This document shows, piece by piece, positions 1 to 9,448 of a stretch of 64,000 bases of DNA. This DNA comes from a virus. Both the position numbers and the translations under genes were made by a program. Below the pieces are notes generated by a model. That model was not told where the DNA came from, made no database searches, and was given only the letters and a program-made list of their open reading frames with translations. Numbering within the stretch: position 1 is the stretch's first letter; every line of letters starts with the position of its first letter. The stretch lies in IMG/VR virus record IMGVR_UViG_3300045988_135160. The stretch is one strand, 5' to 3'.

Positions 1-9
1 GCTAAGTTT

Positions 10-1374
10 ATGAAAGGAAATTCTTTTATGAATCTTACCAATACAGATGATAAGGCTGGAGCCTTCCTGCTCGCCACAGCCATAACAACTGGTGTATCTG
101 ATGCCGTAGGGTTCAGAGAATACATGATGGATCCTTCAAGAGGAATAGATATTCTTAGTGCTATATCTCCGTCATTAGGAGCTAAGGTGAGTGCCGGCAA
201 GTTGGGGAAAAACATATCTGATGCTATTACAAGCGAGAATAATGGTTCTTCTACTGGTACATTGGCTCTTATTAATGGAATGAAGAAACTCAACGGCGAT
301 CCTGATTTTAATATATCTGATTATATGACCATAGATAAGGATGGTGATATAGATTTAAAAGATTATCAGGAAGGTGAACCATTAACTATTACCCAGCTAA
401 GATATGCTGAGAAAAACAGTAGAGTGTCTGATATGATAGCAGGTCAGATGCAGGATGAGATAAAAATGTCTGTATCTCCTGATCAGATTTCTGATAAGTT
501 ATCTCAGTATCATTACCTTGATTCTTACAAAAGATACAATTGGAATGCCGATTCGCCGGAAAAGTCTTTGCAGAAGGCTCAGTTTAGAAGATTGTCTGGT
601 TACATGGCAGGAAAGGTAAATAATCTGGATCCTACTGCTATTAATGCCATTAATATGGATGCCGAGATAGATAATGGCACTGTTAGAAGATTCTTGACTG
701 CTCAAGTAGGTTCCGGTAAAAATTCTTATGTTACAGAAAGGGTTGAGATTACGAATGACGAGCTTCTTAAGGCGGGTATAGATCCTTCGGTCGAGGAGCG
801 TAATTATCCGGTGGATGGTTACAAATCAAGTTTTGGAACCTGTGATTTTGTAGATACCGGAAAGAAGGAAGGTTATTCTTATGATAAGTATCTTATACGT
901 AATGGTCTTCCCCGTTTGGCTTCTAAGGCTGATGTTAAGAATGATCTTTATGATATAGTAAAGGTTCATGGTTCTTACCTTAAGCCAGAAGAAATGAATG
1001 TTGTTAAAACCCTTGTTGATAATTTTATTGACATGTCTGATAATATATCAGTTCAGTTGGAGGGAATGGACGATAGGGGTTCAAGAGAGGTAGCGGTCAA
1101 TTTCTATGACAAAAGGACTAAAAATTCTAAAAATCCTGCATTGTTGTTCTCGGATTTTGTTCCTTTGGATCCAGGTAATGATGAGTATGCGGATTACTGG
1201 AATAGCATTCACCAGAAGTGTCCTCAGTACTTCTTTGTAAAATATGTGAAGGAGGCTGTTCAAGAACGTCTTGATCAGATGAGGGATCCGTATATGAGAG
1301 GAATAAATATCACGCCCAATATGAATGACAAGTTTAGTAAGTTGAACGATTTTTTGCAGAAAATTTATGGCTGA
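10..1374 (+). CDS. hypothetical structural/virion protein (454 aa)
   Basis: Long ORF in six-frame track. Its 3' end overlaps the ATG (1367) of the giant gene by 8 nt, suggesting co-translation in a late module. No recognisable catalytic motif. Confidence 0.55.
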   Translation: MKGNSFMNLTNTDDKAGAFLLATAITTGVSDAVGFREYMMDPSRGIDILSAISPSLGAKVSAGKLGKNISDAITSENNGSSTGTLALINGMKKLNGDPDFNISDYMTIDKDGDIDLKDYQEGEPLTITQLRYAEKNSRVSDMIAGQMQDEIKMSVSPDQISDKLSQYHYLDSYKRYNWNADSPEKSLQKAQFRRLSGYMAGKVNNLDPTAINAINMDAEIDNGTVRRFLTAQVGSGKNSYVTERVEITNDELLKAGIDPSVEERNYPVDGYKSSFGTCDFVDTGKKEGYSYDKYLIRNGLPRLASKADVKNDLYDIVKVHGSYLKPEEMNVVKTLVDNFIDMSDNISVQLEGMDDRGSREVAVNFYDKRTKNSKNPALLFSDFVPLDPGNDEYADYWNSIHQKCPQYFFVKYVKEAVQERLDQMRDPYMRGINITPNMNDKFSKLNDFLQKIYG

Positions 1375-4300
1375 CAATAATATAGATAGATATAATCCTG
1401 CTGCTAAAACCACTTACGAAGATGTGGCAAGGCAAAGGAAATTAGCCGAAGAAGAGAATTACACTCCGGCTACATTACCAGAGACGACAACACCTCTGGT
1501 TCCTAATTATATGCCTGGTGAAGGTGTGTATGCCCAACCTAAATTTCCGGATTACGCATCAAGGATAGCTGCTGCCGAATACGAAGAACCGTATATAGCC
1601 AAGGAGATAAGCAACAGCTACTCAGAGGCACTGGCTCGTAACAGCTACAGGGGGGCTACACCTGCCCCGCCGCCTCTTAATCCCTATGGACCGAAGGTAA
1701 GTATCCGTGAAAGTCATCAGATGGGTAATGATGGGGTATGGCGTACAAAATATTCTAACTATATTCCGGGTATAAACAATGAGGATTATTATGCCAGAAG
1801 ACAGAGCGGATGGAGTAAGTTTTGGAATGGTGTAGGCAAATTCGCTTTAAAGTCCGCATTGTACGGTGCGCAAGGAGTTGTGTCATTGCCTGACAAACTT
1901 ATCAATATGGCATCTGAGGGAAGTTACAAAGCTGCGTTAAACACTAACATGGATAAGTTTGTAGGTGATCTTGACCAGCAAATAGACATGCTTCTTCCCC
2001 ATTATTACAAGAAAGAGGTAGAAGATTATAATTTTGGTCAGAAGCTTTTTAAGGATACCGGTAATTTCTTGTGGAATGACGTCCTTGGTAATGGTATGTC
2101 TTTTACCGTAGGAGCCATGATATCAGCGTACATGACCGGAGGACTTGGAGTTGGATCATTGGGTAATATAGGCGCTAAATTAGGTGGAAGAATCGGAGCT
2201 AAGTTAGCAGCAAGGCAAGCTGCCAATAGGGGCATAGGAAGCCTTAAAAGCGTGTTTAACGACTATGTAAGAAAAGGAGTTGCTACCGGAAGAAATGTAG
2301 GGGAGGCGGCTAAGACCATGACGTTGTTGGCTACCAGTGCCGGATTCGAGTCATCGGTTGAAGCAAATTCTTTTATGAAGCAATCTGAGTCTGATTTCAA
2401 GGATTATTATCGTAAGATTTATGGTCGTGATCCCAATGCAGAGGAAATGGCTGTTTTTCGTAATTCTAATGCTGATGTAGGTAGTGCTATATTTGCCGCC
2501 AATATGGGTATCGTAGGATTATCTAACTGGCTTCTTTTTGGTAAGTATATAGGGTTAGGAGGCAAGGCTATACCAGGGTTGGAAAAGAGGCTCAACAAGC
2601 ATTTATTTGGATTAGGGACGGAAGTTGCGAAGCCGGGAGAGATGGCTATTAAAATAACCAATCCCAATATAGGACAGAAGATAGCAGGCAATGTTTTCAA
2701 TATCATGAAAAGACCGGTATCTGAAGGCTTATGGGAAGAAGGATCTCAAGGTGCTGTTCAGAATACGGCTGAGGAATATGTTAAGTCAAGATATGATAAT
2801 GTCGCCATGAACGGAGCCGTTGATGTTCTTGATGCTATTTCTGAAGGATTTAAAAAGCAATATACGTCTAAAGAAGGATGGACTGAAATAGGAATCGGTG
2901 CTATTATCGGTTCTTTGTTTGGTATGAGAGAAGGCTTCTTTGGGGTGAAAGAGTATAGTAATAGTCAGATCTTGCTGGAAAGGCAAGTGAATGAATATAA
3001 CAAAGCATCTTCTAATCTTAACACGGCGGCTTTGAATACGTTGAAAAAATCAATGAGTTTAGGGCCTCAAGTTCGTTCCGATGCCCAGTCTATGACTGGT
3101 AAGGAGCTTGATGATGCTATGTTTGAAAAGATGTCTATTGACAACCAAATGGGAACCTTAGAGGATTCGGCTGAAAATTTCCGGCAGATGATTGATATGA
3201 TGCCTATTTCGGAAATAGCCGAAGCTAATGGAATGTCTTTGGAAGAGGCAAAGAAATACAAGGACTCTATTATTGATAATTATAATAATCGTCTTTCGGA
3301 TTTCAGATCTGCCCAGAGTTTTGCCGAAGATCTTATAGGTGATGATTCTAAGATTGAGTTTAGGAAATACGTGGCTCGTAATGCTTTTCTTGGTCTTCAA
3401 TCGGAATCAAGAATGAAAGACATAGCTTCTGTCATAGAAACGCTTTCGGGGCAGCCTCGCGTGGCGGATGCTCTAAGTACGTTCTCCCGGCTGTCGGACA
3501 GGGCAAGGGAGCGGGCGATGGCTATCCGTGGCATACGGTCAAGAATAGAAGAACTTGAATCCGAAATAGAAGATCTTGCTACCCGCCCTCGCAACGTAGA
3601 AGGGAAAGATCCACAAGCTGAATCCATACAACGAAAAACCAAAGAATTGGAAAGCCTTAGAACCAATTATAACAATTCGTTGTCTGAGTTATCAACGTTA
3701 ATAGGAAAAGAGTTTTCGATAGAAGAGTTGGTAAGTAAAACCGAATCTGTTTTATCATCTCCTCTTTCTCCCATAAGTTCACAAGATGTAATAGAAGCCT
3801 ATGATACTCTTGTGGCTTTTGATGATTATTTTAATGTAAAATCAAGACAGGAAAAGAAGTTTACAGCCAAAGACAAAGCCATGAGATCCTTGGTAAATGA
3901 ATACCGTAGGAGTTTGATGGACTATAGGAATATGAATAATTTCTTGTCTAAGATGCTTGATAAAAGATTCTTAGCTGAGGAAAACAGGGGATTTTCAAAA
4001 GCGCTGTCTTCTCTATGGTCTACTCCTTATAAGGGGGATGACAAGGTTCCTGATTTTGCAGAGCCTAATAAAGTCGGTGAATATGACACTGATGAGGTAG
4101 TAGATCAAGCTGTGTCAGAAGGTAAGATTTCGGAAGACGAAGCTTGGACTATTAAAGCATTTATGCATGCTCTTGATAAAGTAAGAGAAGATAGGATGAA
4201 GGAAGCGGAAGATAATATAAAAGAGTCACCGCTTACGGAGTCTGTATCAGATGAAGATTATGAGGCTGCTATGGATAATCCTATTATGGTTCCGGTAGTA

Positions 4301-7300
4301 AGGCAGTCTATAATTGATAAATTATATACAGGAAATGCTGATCTTCTTACTGCAAGAGAAAAAGATGTGTATGATAAATACAAACAAGATTTTGATGATT
4401 ATGTATCGTCTTTGGGTGACAGTCCTGTTAATCTCATAAAATCATTATCTGAAAAGGCTGACAGGCTTACAAGTCCGAGATCAGTGTATGAGGAAAATAA
4501 AGCTATTATTGATATGGCTAAGTCTAATTTGGAACCAGATCAAAGGCAGGAACTTGATGATGCTATTTCTTCGTATGTTGATATAATGAACAGGCGGGAC
4601 AAAGGAGAGAAAGTTGACGAAGATAAACTTGCAGATTCGGTATTTACCATAGAAGATCTTGGCCGGGTTGGAAATATCACTGACCTCCTTCCTTATATCG
4701 AGCAAAACAGGATTATCGATAAAGGTCGTATCTCTGAATCTACGTTAAGTAATTTCGGGGAGGATGATGCTAATATAGATTCTCTTGTAAATGAGTTAGA
4801 CGAATCCGATAATACGCCGGGAGCTAACATAGATAGTGCCCAGAATCCAGAGACGTTGATGGTTAGAAGAATATCCAACGATGGCAACGAAAGGTATGAA
4901 ATTGCGGGTCTTAGAGCCGATAAATTTATATCTTCTATAAAATCATTGGTTCCTATTCAAATAAGCTCTGAAACGAACGCTAATGGCACTAAAAGGTATT
5001 CTCTTAACATAGGTGGGGAAACAGCTACTATAATTGAACTGCCTTATCATGCGAGATGGTCTATAGACAAAGAATCGGCTCGTGTTCTTAACCGTTACAC
5101 AGACGTGTCTATTCAGGACGTGGGTAATTCCTATTCTTTGGTTTATAAGCGTCTTGATTCAGATGAGTTGGTTCCGTACAGAACGGGTGTCGGATTCGGA
5201 GAGAATGAGGTAGATAAAATAGATCAGGAAGCATTATCTTCTTTGAAAAAAGGAGATAAGGTTAATCTCGAAATAGATGTAAATGATACTTATAATCAGT
5301 CTCTTTTTGCCGAATACAATGATGCTGTTCAGTCCGGCGATAAAAAAAGAATAGAATCTGCTGAGAATAAACTGGTGTCCAATATGGTTATCAAGGTCAT
5401 GAGTGGGAACAGATTCGTTTCTGTTGTAAAAGCTGATACAGGAGGCATAGATGGTATAAGTAAAATAAGAAGAACGGCTTTTAACAAGTGGAAGAAGGAC
5501 GCCGGCCGGTCGGCTACCATCGGCGTCGGCACGCATGTTGTTGCCCAGACCCTTCCCGGAAGACCGGTGTTTAACATGAAGGTGAACGGTCAAGGATATG
5601 GCCAGGTAGAAAATCTCCCTATTACCGAAAAAGGTGCTGAAAAAGTATCTGATGTCGGATATGTATTAAATGGCAAAGTCGTGCTTAAGAACGGATCTAA
5701 ATACACAGGCTTCCCATTTGCTTATTCTATATTAAATGACAAGGGGAATAATTACAAAAATGTAAGAGTTCCGGTAGTCGTCATCAAAGGTAAAAACGGT
5801 CTTAATTATCTTTTCCCAGTTAGCCTACGTTCTGTAGAATCAGAGGAAGGGCAGAAATGGATGTCTTTTATAGATATGCTGCTTGAATCTGGTGATTCTG
5901 AATTGCTACAGATGGGTCAAGATGATATACAAGATCTTAATGCGTATCTAACCAAGTTAGGTCTTGATCCGGCTTCGTATCAAGTATCGTATTTGAATCC
6001 TATTTCAGGTCTTAGAAAAGCTCGTGAGGCTATAGAAGAATTATCTACAGTTCCTGATGTTGTTAAGTGGGTAGAAGATGGAAGTAGGAGTGTGAAAGAC
6101 ATTGTGACGTCTGAAGTAGAATCTGGAATAGATTTCGAAGGTGAGATGTTTGTCGCTCCTAAGATCAGGATTCAGTTTGGTAAATCATCTTCCAGCCCTA
6201 AGTCGCTTATAGAGGATGATCTTCCTTTCTCTGATGAGGGTAAGACCGTTACTTCTAAAGAATACGTGGATGTTTATGAAGAGGAAATGCCAGAGGAAGG
6301 GACTATCCTGGGGACTCAGCCGGCGCCATTAGCTCAGCCGGCTCCTGCGGCACAAGCCGCGCAGTCTTTACCTGGCAAGAAGCGTACCTCCAGGAAAAAC
6401 TTCTCTCTTATGTTAAACGAAATAGAATCTCATATAGAAAAAGAAGGATTGCCGTCTTATGCTAATATTTTTGATTTTATAGCAAGGAAGATTGTAGGAG
6501 GTGATTTGAGGTTTCTTCGTGAGAGAGGTAATCCTAAAAGCCTTAAGGAAGAAATGGGATTAGAACCTAAAGGAACAGTAGGTGATAAAATATCCACTCC
6601 TTCTAAAAAGGGAGGTAAGACCTTAGAAGAATATGTTTCTTGGCTTCGTTCTCAAACAGATCAGGTGGTGGTTGATTATGTTGGTCCAAGATCTGACGAA
6701 CAAATTATATCAGAGTTGAAAAACTTTTTGAAATATATTAATTTTGTTCCAAGTAAGGCTTTAAATTATTCTCTTAGAGTCAATGGCATGGATACCCTAA
6801 AAGAATATGGCACAAAAGAGGAAGTAGAAAAAATGGAATCTGATATCAATAGTTTGGTTTCTAAAGTTTTGCCTACGGTGGATAATAAAACTGTAGAAGA
6901 TGTTTCTACTGCAATAAAATCAAACAACTTGCCTGCCATATGGAGGCCCGTGGAAAGCCTTGATATGACAAACGAGGAAAAAATAGAGTTTTTGAATAAC
7001 GTAGCAGATTTCCTTAGCGGCATACCAGAGTATGATGCTGTCGTGGAGTCTATAGAGTCAGAATCAGATAATATTTTAAATGATGGAAAAGAAGGAAGTG
7101 CAGAAGGCGGTGCAGTACGCGCTGAGGAAGATGGCGATAAAAAGGGAGATGGAGAAGGCAAAGGACAATCCAGAACAAATGTCGAAGTTAAAGGAAATGT
7201 CGAATTACCTGGATCTGAAGAAGGAAGAGTAGATAACTATAGGAAGAACGGAGATAAGTTCTCTGACATTGCTGAAGTTACTTTATGGCTACTTAGAAGG

Positions 7301-8008
7301 GCTGCCGGCATAACCTCTATCCCGGAAGGAGAAGAGGTTTATGTAGAGGGAGATGAGGTTAATAGTATTATGACCGATATGGAATCAAGGTATGGTATAG
7401 ACACCATCAATCACTCGCATACGACTAAGGCTATAAGGGATCTTAACGGCGTATCAGGTTATAAAGTAGAATACGGCTTAACCTTTTTAACATACGATCC
7501 TTTTATTAGAATATCCAATCCAAGGAAAGAATCTAAGGCCGAGAAAGACGAACCTCGTATATCCGAAGAACCGCTTACTCACATATCAAGGGTAACAACC
7601 CCTTATTTCCTGTACGGCGGCGATGAAGCATATACATCTGTTCCGGCTAAGGTAGAACCTATACCGGAGAAGATAATGGGTCGTAATGGCATTAAATTTG
7701 GTATGAGTGTAGTCGAGTTAACCAAATTAGGGTACAAAAAAGCTGGTGGAAACTGGATATATAAATTCTATATGAACTCAGGTGTGTATGATTTGTATAA
7801 TATCAGTACCGGTGAAGCGTTTAGGGCAAAACCGGATCTTGGAGTTAAGATAAGTTCCAGCGCATTCATCCGTTCTTTATCTCAATCTGGTAGAAAAATA
7901 CAAAATATGATGAGTAGCATGAGCCAGGAAGAGATAGATAGGAATAAGAATCTCGTAGAAGGTTCTGATAATTCGGATTCGATAAATGAGTTAAATAAGG
8001 AGTGTTGA
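1367..8008 (+). CDS. giant 2213-aa protein, probably a virion structural, tape-measure-like or ejection protein
   Basis: Uninterrupted 6.6-kb ORF. Gly-rich hydrophobic segment (GGLGVGSLGNIGAKLGGRIGAKLAARQAANRGIG) typical of tape-measure/internal virion proteins. Long coiled-coil stretches and low-complexity Pro/Ala and Asp/Gly patches. No polymerase DxDGD motif seen. Confidence 0.75.
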   Translation: MADNNIDRYNPAAKTTYEDVARQRKLAEEENYTPATLPETTTPLVPNYMPGEGVYAQPKFPDYASRIAAAEYEEPYIAKEISNSYSEALARNSYRGATPAPPPLNPYGPKVSIRESHQMGNDGVWRTKYSNYIPGINNEDYYARRQSGWSKFWNGVGKFALKSALYGAQGVVSLPDKLINMASEGSYKAALNTNMDKFVGDLDQQIDMLLPHYYKKEVEDYNFGQKLFKDTGNFLWNDVLGNGMSFTVGAMISAYMTGGLGVGSLGNIGAKLGGRIGAKLAARQAANRGIGSLKSVFNDYVRKGVATGRNVGEAAKTMTLLATSAGFESSVEANSFMKQSESDFKDYYRKIYGRDPNAEEMAVFRNSNADVGSAIFAANMGIVGLSNWLLFGKYIGLGGKAIPGLEKRLNKHLFGLGTEVAKPGEMAIKITNPNIGQKIAGNVFNIMKRPVSEGLWEEGSQGAVQNTAEEYVKSRYDNVAMNGAVDVLDAISEGFKKQYTSKEGWTEIGIGAIIGSLFGMREGFFGVKEYSNSQILLERQVNEYNKASSNLNTAALNTLKKSMSLGPQVRSDAQSMTGKELDDAMFEKMSIDNQMGTLEDSAENFRQMIDMMPISEIAEANGMSLEEAKKYKDSIIDNYNNRLSDFRSAQSFAEDLIGDDSKIEFRKYVARNAFLGLQSESRMKDIASVIETLSGQPRVADALSTFSRLSDRARERAMAIRGIRSRIEELESEIEDLATRPRNVEGKDPQAESIQRKTKELESLRTNYNNSLSELSTLIGKEFSIEELVSKTESVLSSPLSPISSQDVIEAYDTLVAFDDYFNVKSRQEKKFTAKDKAMRSLVNEYRRSLMDYRNMNNFLSKMLDKRFLAEENRGFSKALSSLWSTPYKGDDKVPDFAEPNKVGEYDTDEVVDQAVSEGKISEDEAWTIKAFMHALDKVREDRMKEAEDNIKESPLTESVSDEDYEAAMDNPIMVPVVRQSIIDKLYTGNADLLTAREKDVYDKYKQDFDDYVSSLGDSPVNLIKSLSEKADRLTSPRSVYEENKAIIDMAKSNLEPDQRQELDDAISSYVDIMNRRDKGEKVDEDKLADSVFTIEDLGRVGNITDLLPYIEQNRIIDKGRISESTLSNFGEDDANIDSLVNELDESDNTPGANIDSAQNPETLMVRRISNDGNERYEIAGLRADKFISSIKSLVPIQISSETNANGTKRYSLNIGGETATIIELPYHARWSIDKESARVLNRYTDVSIQDVGNSYSLVYKRLDSDELVPYRTGVGFGENEVDKIDQEALSSLKKGDKVNLEIDVNDTYNQSLFAEYNDAVQSGDKKRIESAENKLVSNMVIKVMSGNRFVSVVKADTGGIDGISKIRRTAFNKWKKDAGRSATIGVGTHVVAQTLPGRPVFNMKVNGQGYGQVENLPITEKGAEKVSDVGYVLNGKVVLKNGSKYTGFPFAYSILNDKGNNYKNVRVPVVVIKGKNGLNYLFPVSLRSVESEEGQKWMSFIDMLLESGDSELLQMGQDDIQDLNAYLTKLGLDPASYQVSYLNPISGLRKAREAIEELSTVPDVVKWVEDGSRSVKDIVTSEVESGIDFEGEMFVAPKIRIQFGKSSSSPKSLIEDDLPFSDEGKTVTSKEYVDVYEEEMPEEGTILGTQPAPLAQPAPAAQAAQSLPGKKRTSRKNFSLMLNEIESHIEKEGLPSYANIFDFIARKIVGGDLRFLRERGNPKSLKEEMGLEPKGTVGDKISTPSKKGGKTLEEYVSWLRSQTDQVVVDYVGPRSDEQIISELKNFLKYINFVPSKALNYSLRVNGMDTLKEYGTKEEVEKMESDINSLVSKVLPTVDNKTVEDVSTAIKSNNLPAIWRPVESLDMTNEEKIEFLNNVADFLSGIPEYDAVVESIESESDNILNDGKEGSAEGGAVRAEEDGDKKGDGEGKGQSRTNVEVKGNVELPGSEEGRVDNYRKNGDKFSDIAEVTLWLLRRAAGITSIPEGEEVYVEGDEVNSIMTDMESRYGIDTINHSHTTKAIRDLNGVSGYKVEYGLTFLTYDPFIRISNPRKESKAEKDEPRISEEPLTHISRVTTPYFLYGGDEAYTSVPAKVEPIPEKIMGRNGIKFGMSVVELTKLGYKKAGGNWIYKFYMNSGVYDLYNISTGEAFRAKPDLGVKISSSAFIRSLSQSGRKIQNMMSSMSQEEIDRNKNLVEGSDNSDSINELNKEC

Positions 8009-8088
8009 GTATGAGAAGGAGATTTTTTAATGCTGCGGATAATTTCGTGGGAGGATGTTATAATAAGTTATCCAATGAAGATAGGTGA

Positions 8089-8112
8089 GGTGATTATATA
8101 CCACTTTACACC
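8089..8112. repeat. left 24-bp terminal inverted repeat / conserved 24-mer (reverse orientation)
   Basis: 23/24 match to the reverse complement of 9412-9435. The same 24-mer also occurs at 49288-49310 and 57552-57575. Confidence 0.7.
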
Positions 8113-8134
8113 AAAAGCGTAAAGTAATACATAT

Positions 8135-9358
8135 TTATACGGAAATCCGTACTGGGTTCCACCAAAACCCTCTACCTTCTGGTAACATCGTTACATCAAA
8201 GGATTCTTTTGCTGATTTTCTAATGATGTTAAAAGCACCATTGATATCAGCATTAATAGTCCTACCAAACGAGGTTTTAAACAATCCTCGTTTGGTCCTT
8301 CTTCCTTTGTAAGATTCATGTTTACAAATCCGTTCATTATCCAAAAAGCTACATTTTGAAGTATAAGATTCTTCAACAATCTTAACATTAATACCTTCTA
8401 ATGTTGCTTTATACGATATCATACTGATAAACGAATTAAAAGGAATAGATACAAAGTTCTGATTATTTCGTTTTCCGATATTGATCTCTTGTTTCCAGCA
8501 TTTGTTATGACCGATTATGATCGTATTAATACCATTGGAAACTACGTGATTAATCAATATCCTACTCGCTTTGTGAAGATAATCTTTGATCTTGTTATTT
8601 CTTTTGTTGGTTAATGACCTGATTTGTTTTGAAGTATGTTTATTATCTTTTAATTTAGATTTTAAGAATGCTAATCTTTTATTATAATATTGGTTGATAG
8701 ACTTTAGTGGTCTACCATTGATAATAAAACAAGAACCTGTGTTTGAAACACAAGAAGCTAAATTATCTAATCCTATGTCGATGCCAAGATAGTTCCCATT
8801 ATCGGACATAAGATCTTTTTCCTTCTTATTGTAAACTATTTCAAGAACAATATATCCATTCTTAGGAACGAATCTAAGTTGTTGAATATTTTGTTTATTG
8901 GTTCTTGTTGTAAAAGAAAACTGTTTTGGTAACTTAACAATACCTTGTTTTATCCATTTTTGAGAAAAAGCGATTGTTGTAAAAACAGCAGTAAACAAAC
9001 CATTTTTGTTAAGATACCCAGGCATTCTAACAAATTCAGAATACTCACCTCTATTCTTTTTATTTAAAAGATTGAAGAATGATCTAAAGTTTCTATCTAC
9101 CATCATCAACACTTGCTGAGCAACCGGTGTTGGTAAAGCACGATAGTCGACATCATTTTCTATTCTTAGTTTCTTTTCGAGAGAATAATAATTGAGATAT
9201 TTGTACTTTACAGTATTATCATCCTTGTATTGGAAATAGTGTTGTCTAACAACATACAATCCTTTGTTGTATAAGTTTTTACACTTATGCAATAGGTCTT
9301 GAAGCTCATTGTAATATATTGAACTTTGTTTGATTATATGTTGTTCAACTAATCTCAT
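8135..9358 (-). CDS. tnpB: TnpB (OrfB, IS605 family RNA-guided RuvC nuclease), copy 1
   Basis: RuvC-I LGIDIGLDNLA, RuvC-II VEESYTSKC, zinc finger CSFLDNERICKHESY, RuvC-III INADINGAFNI. Probable start is MRLVEQ (9358) rather than the track start 9397, by analogy with copy 2 (MRLVYKF). Confidence 0.85.
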   Translation of the reverse strand: MRLVEQHIIKQSSIYYNELQDLLHKCKNLYNKGLYVVRQHYFQYKDDNTVKYKYLNYYSLEKKLRIENDVDYRALPTPVAQQVLMMVDRNFRSFFNLLNKKNRGEYSEFVRMPGYLNKNGLFTAVFTTIAFSQKWIKQGIVKLPKQFSFTTRTNKQNIQQLRFVPKNGYIVLEIVYNKKEKDLMSDNGNYLGIDIGLDNLASCVSNTGSCFIINGRPLKSINQYYNKRLAFLKSKLKDNKHTSKQIRSLTNKRNNKIKDYLHKASRILINHVVSNGINTIIIGHNKCWKQEINIGKRNNQNFVSIPFNSFISMISYKATLEGINVKIVEESYTSKCSFLDNERICKHESYKGRRTKRGLFKTSFGRTINADINGAFNIIRKSAKESFDVTMLPEGRGFWWNPVRISV

Positions 9359-9411
9359 GACACAAATGTAGGAATTATTATTTATATAAAAAAACAATTT
9401 CTTATATTTGT

Positions 9412-9435
9412 GGTGTAAAGTTGTATATAATCACC
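9412..9435. repeat. right 24-bp terminal inverted repeat / conserved 24-mer GGTGTAAAGTTGTATATAATCACC
   Basis: Inverted partner of 8089-8112. Lies 14 nt upstream of the ATG at 9449. Confidence 0.7.
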
Positions 9436-9448
9436 AAAGTTAATTACA

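Larger units (their letters stand above)
8084..9435 (-). mobile_element. TnpB-only IS200/IS605-like element (TnpB-1) bounded by 24-bp imperfect inverted repeats
   Basis: tnpB is flanked by GGTGATTATATACCACTTTACACC (8089-8112) and its reverse complement with one mismatch (9412-9435). Removing 8084-9435 fuses the 25-codon MRRRF ORF (ATG 8010) in frame to ORF 9449-11707. Confidence 0.55.

Noticed and set aside
499-7161. Many 60-130-aa ORFs antisense to, or out of frame within, the giant gene 1367-8008 (for example 499-705, 1081-1413, 2038-2235, 2419-2706, 5234-5593, 6766-7161)
   Set aside because: They lie fully inside a long, well-supported ORF on the other strand or frame. They have low-complexity translations and no motifs, as expected by chance in AT-rich DNA.
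9412-9435. The 24-mer as a simple sigma-70-like promoter for the downstream gene
   Set aside because: Copies occur in both orientations and in positions that do not consistently precede co-oriented genes (8089-8112, 49288-49310, 57552-57575). The promoter role is kept only as one hypothesis.
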